Source: Octopus bimaculoides (taxonomy: Eukaryota). From it: a stretch of 36,472 bases of DNA. The stretch lies in contig NC_069000.1 of NCBI RefSeq assembly GCF_001194135.2, positions 22,208,202-22,244,673 on the forward strand, written 5' to 3'. The notes below the pieces were generated by a model. That model saw only the letters and a list, made by a program, of their open reading frames with translations, ran no database searches and had not been told where the DNA came from. How positions within the stretch are numbered: the stretch's first letter is position 1; each line of letters begins with the position of its first letter. The position numbers and the translations under genes are program-made. Shown here piece by piece: positions 35,813-36,472 of this stretch.

Positions 35813-36271
35813 TTTATATATGTACACAGAATATACAATTTATATATATAAATAAAATCGTTTCCTTGAAAATATATACACACTGGTCGGGGTATATATA
35901 TATAAACCCAATTAAGGAGCTGTTAAAATCTTTTTTTTTTATATATATATATCTATATATCCGGTTATTAATTAATTCAATTTTAAAGATGATTGCTAGA
36001 GAGAAGAAATATAGATAGATATTGAAGAACAGGAGGGGAGGACAGGTAAGGAGAGAAAGAAAGAATGAAAGAAAAGAGAGAAAGAATGGATCCGAAATGT
36101 GTAAAAAAAAGTATCGGAGAGCTGGATTTTAGTTTTGGCTGATAAGGCTTTTTCAGGCGAGAGGTATCGGTAGTAAAAGTTGATTTAGTGATAGTAGTAA
36201 AACAATAATAATACTACCACTCTGAGAACAATAAGAATTGCTGTAATAGCTTCTCACAGGGAAGCATGTCG

Positions 36272-36472
36272 TTATTTTATCCTTGTGGTGGTTGTTGTTA
36301 CGTTTGCTGGCTGTTGTTTTTTTTTTTTTCGTTTTCTTCCGCCGGTAAAATAGTTGTGAACATTCGGCAACGATACAAGCACGATAATAAGTCCCAGCAA
36401 CAGCGGCGGAGTATTAGATGCAGACGCAGAGAGGGGGAGGAGTGACAAGACGATGAAGAAATGTAAGGGAGG
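36272..36472 (-). CDS. Partial open frame entering from the window edge: PPLHFFIVLSLLPLSASASNTPPLLLGLIIVLVSLPNVHNYFTGGRKRKKKKQQPANVTTTTTRIK*
   Basis: 67 codons open to TAA at 36272-36274; hydrophobic segments followed by a basic run. Could equally be CpG-rich UTR sequence. Confidence 0.25.
   Translation of the reverse strand, partial: PPLHFFIVLSLLPLSASASNTPPLLLGLIIVLVSLPNVHNYFTGGRKRKKKKQQPANVTTTTTRIK

Overview
AT-rich eukaryotic genomic DNA from a draft assembly with six N gaps. The repeat families closely match cephalopod (Octopus-like) SINEs and MITEs as I remember them; this taxon call is an inference, not a database result. The window is dominated by microsatellites, at least five tRNA-type SINE families (labelled A-E here), TTAA-flanked piggyBac-type MITEs and one mariner-derived MITE with TA target-site duplications. 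No ORF in the supplied track is a recognisable protein: most are microsatellite read-through, N-gap artefacts or SINE antisense frames. Reading the minus strand by eye gives several short, splice-bounded candidate exons (about 2.9, 5.1, 5.9, 8.1, 8.4, 13.2, 15.4, 17.0 and 17.5 kb). CpG content also appears to rise sharply at about 32.1 kb. Together these suggest one or more intron-rich minus-strand genes with a promoter near 32-33 kb, but I cannot name the product. I see no CRISPR array, rRNA, intact tRNA or prokaryotic system, and no convincing novel biological system. The most interesting signals are structural: a pre-miRNA-sized hairpin, a template-switch hairpin inside a SINE, inverted SINE pairs that could form dsRNA, a small inverted repeat overlapping a candidate 5' splice site, and nested or tandem transposon insertions.
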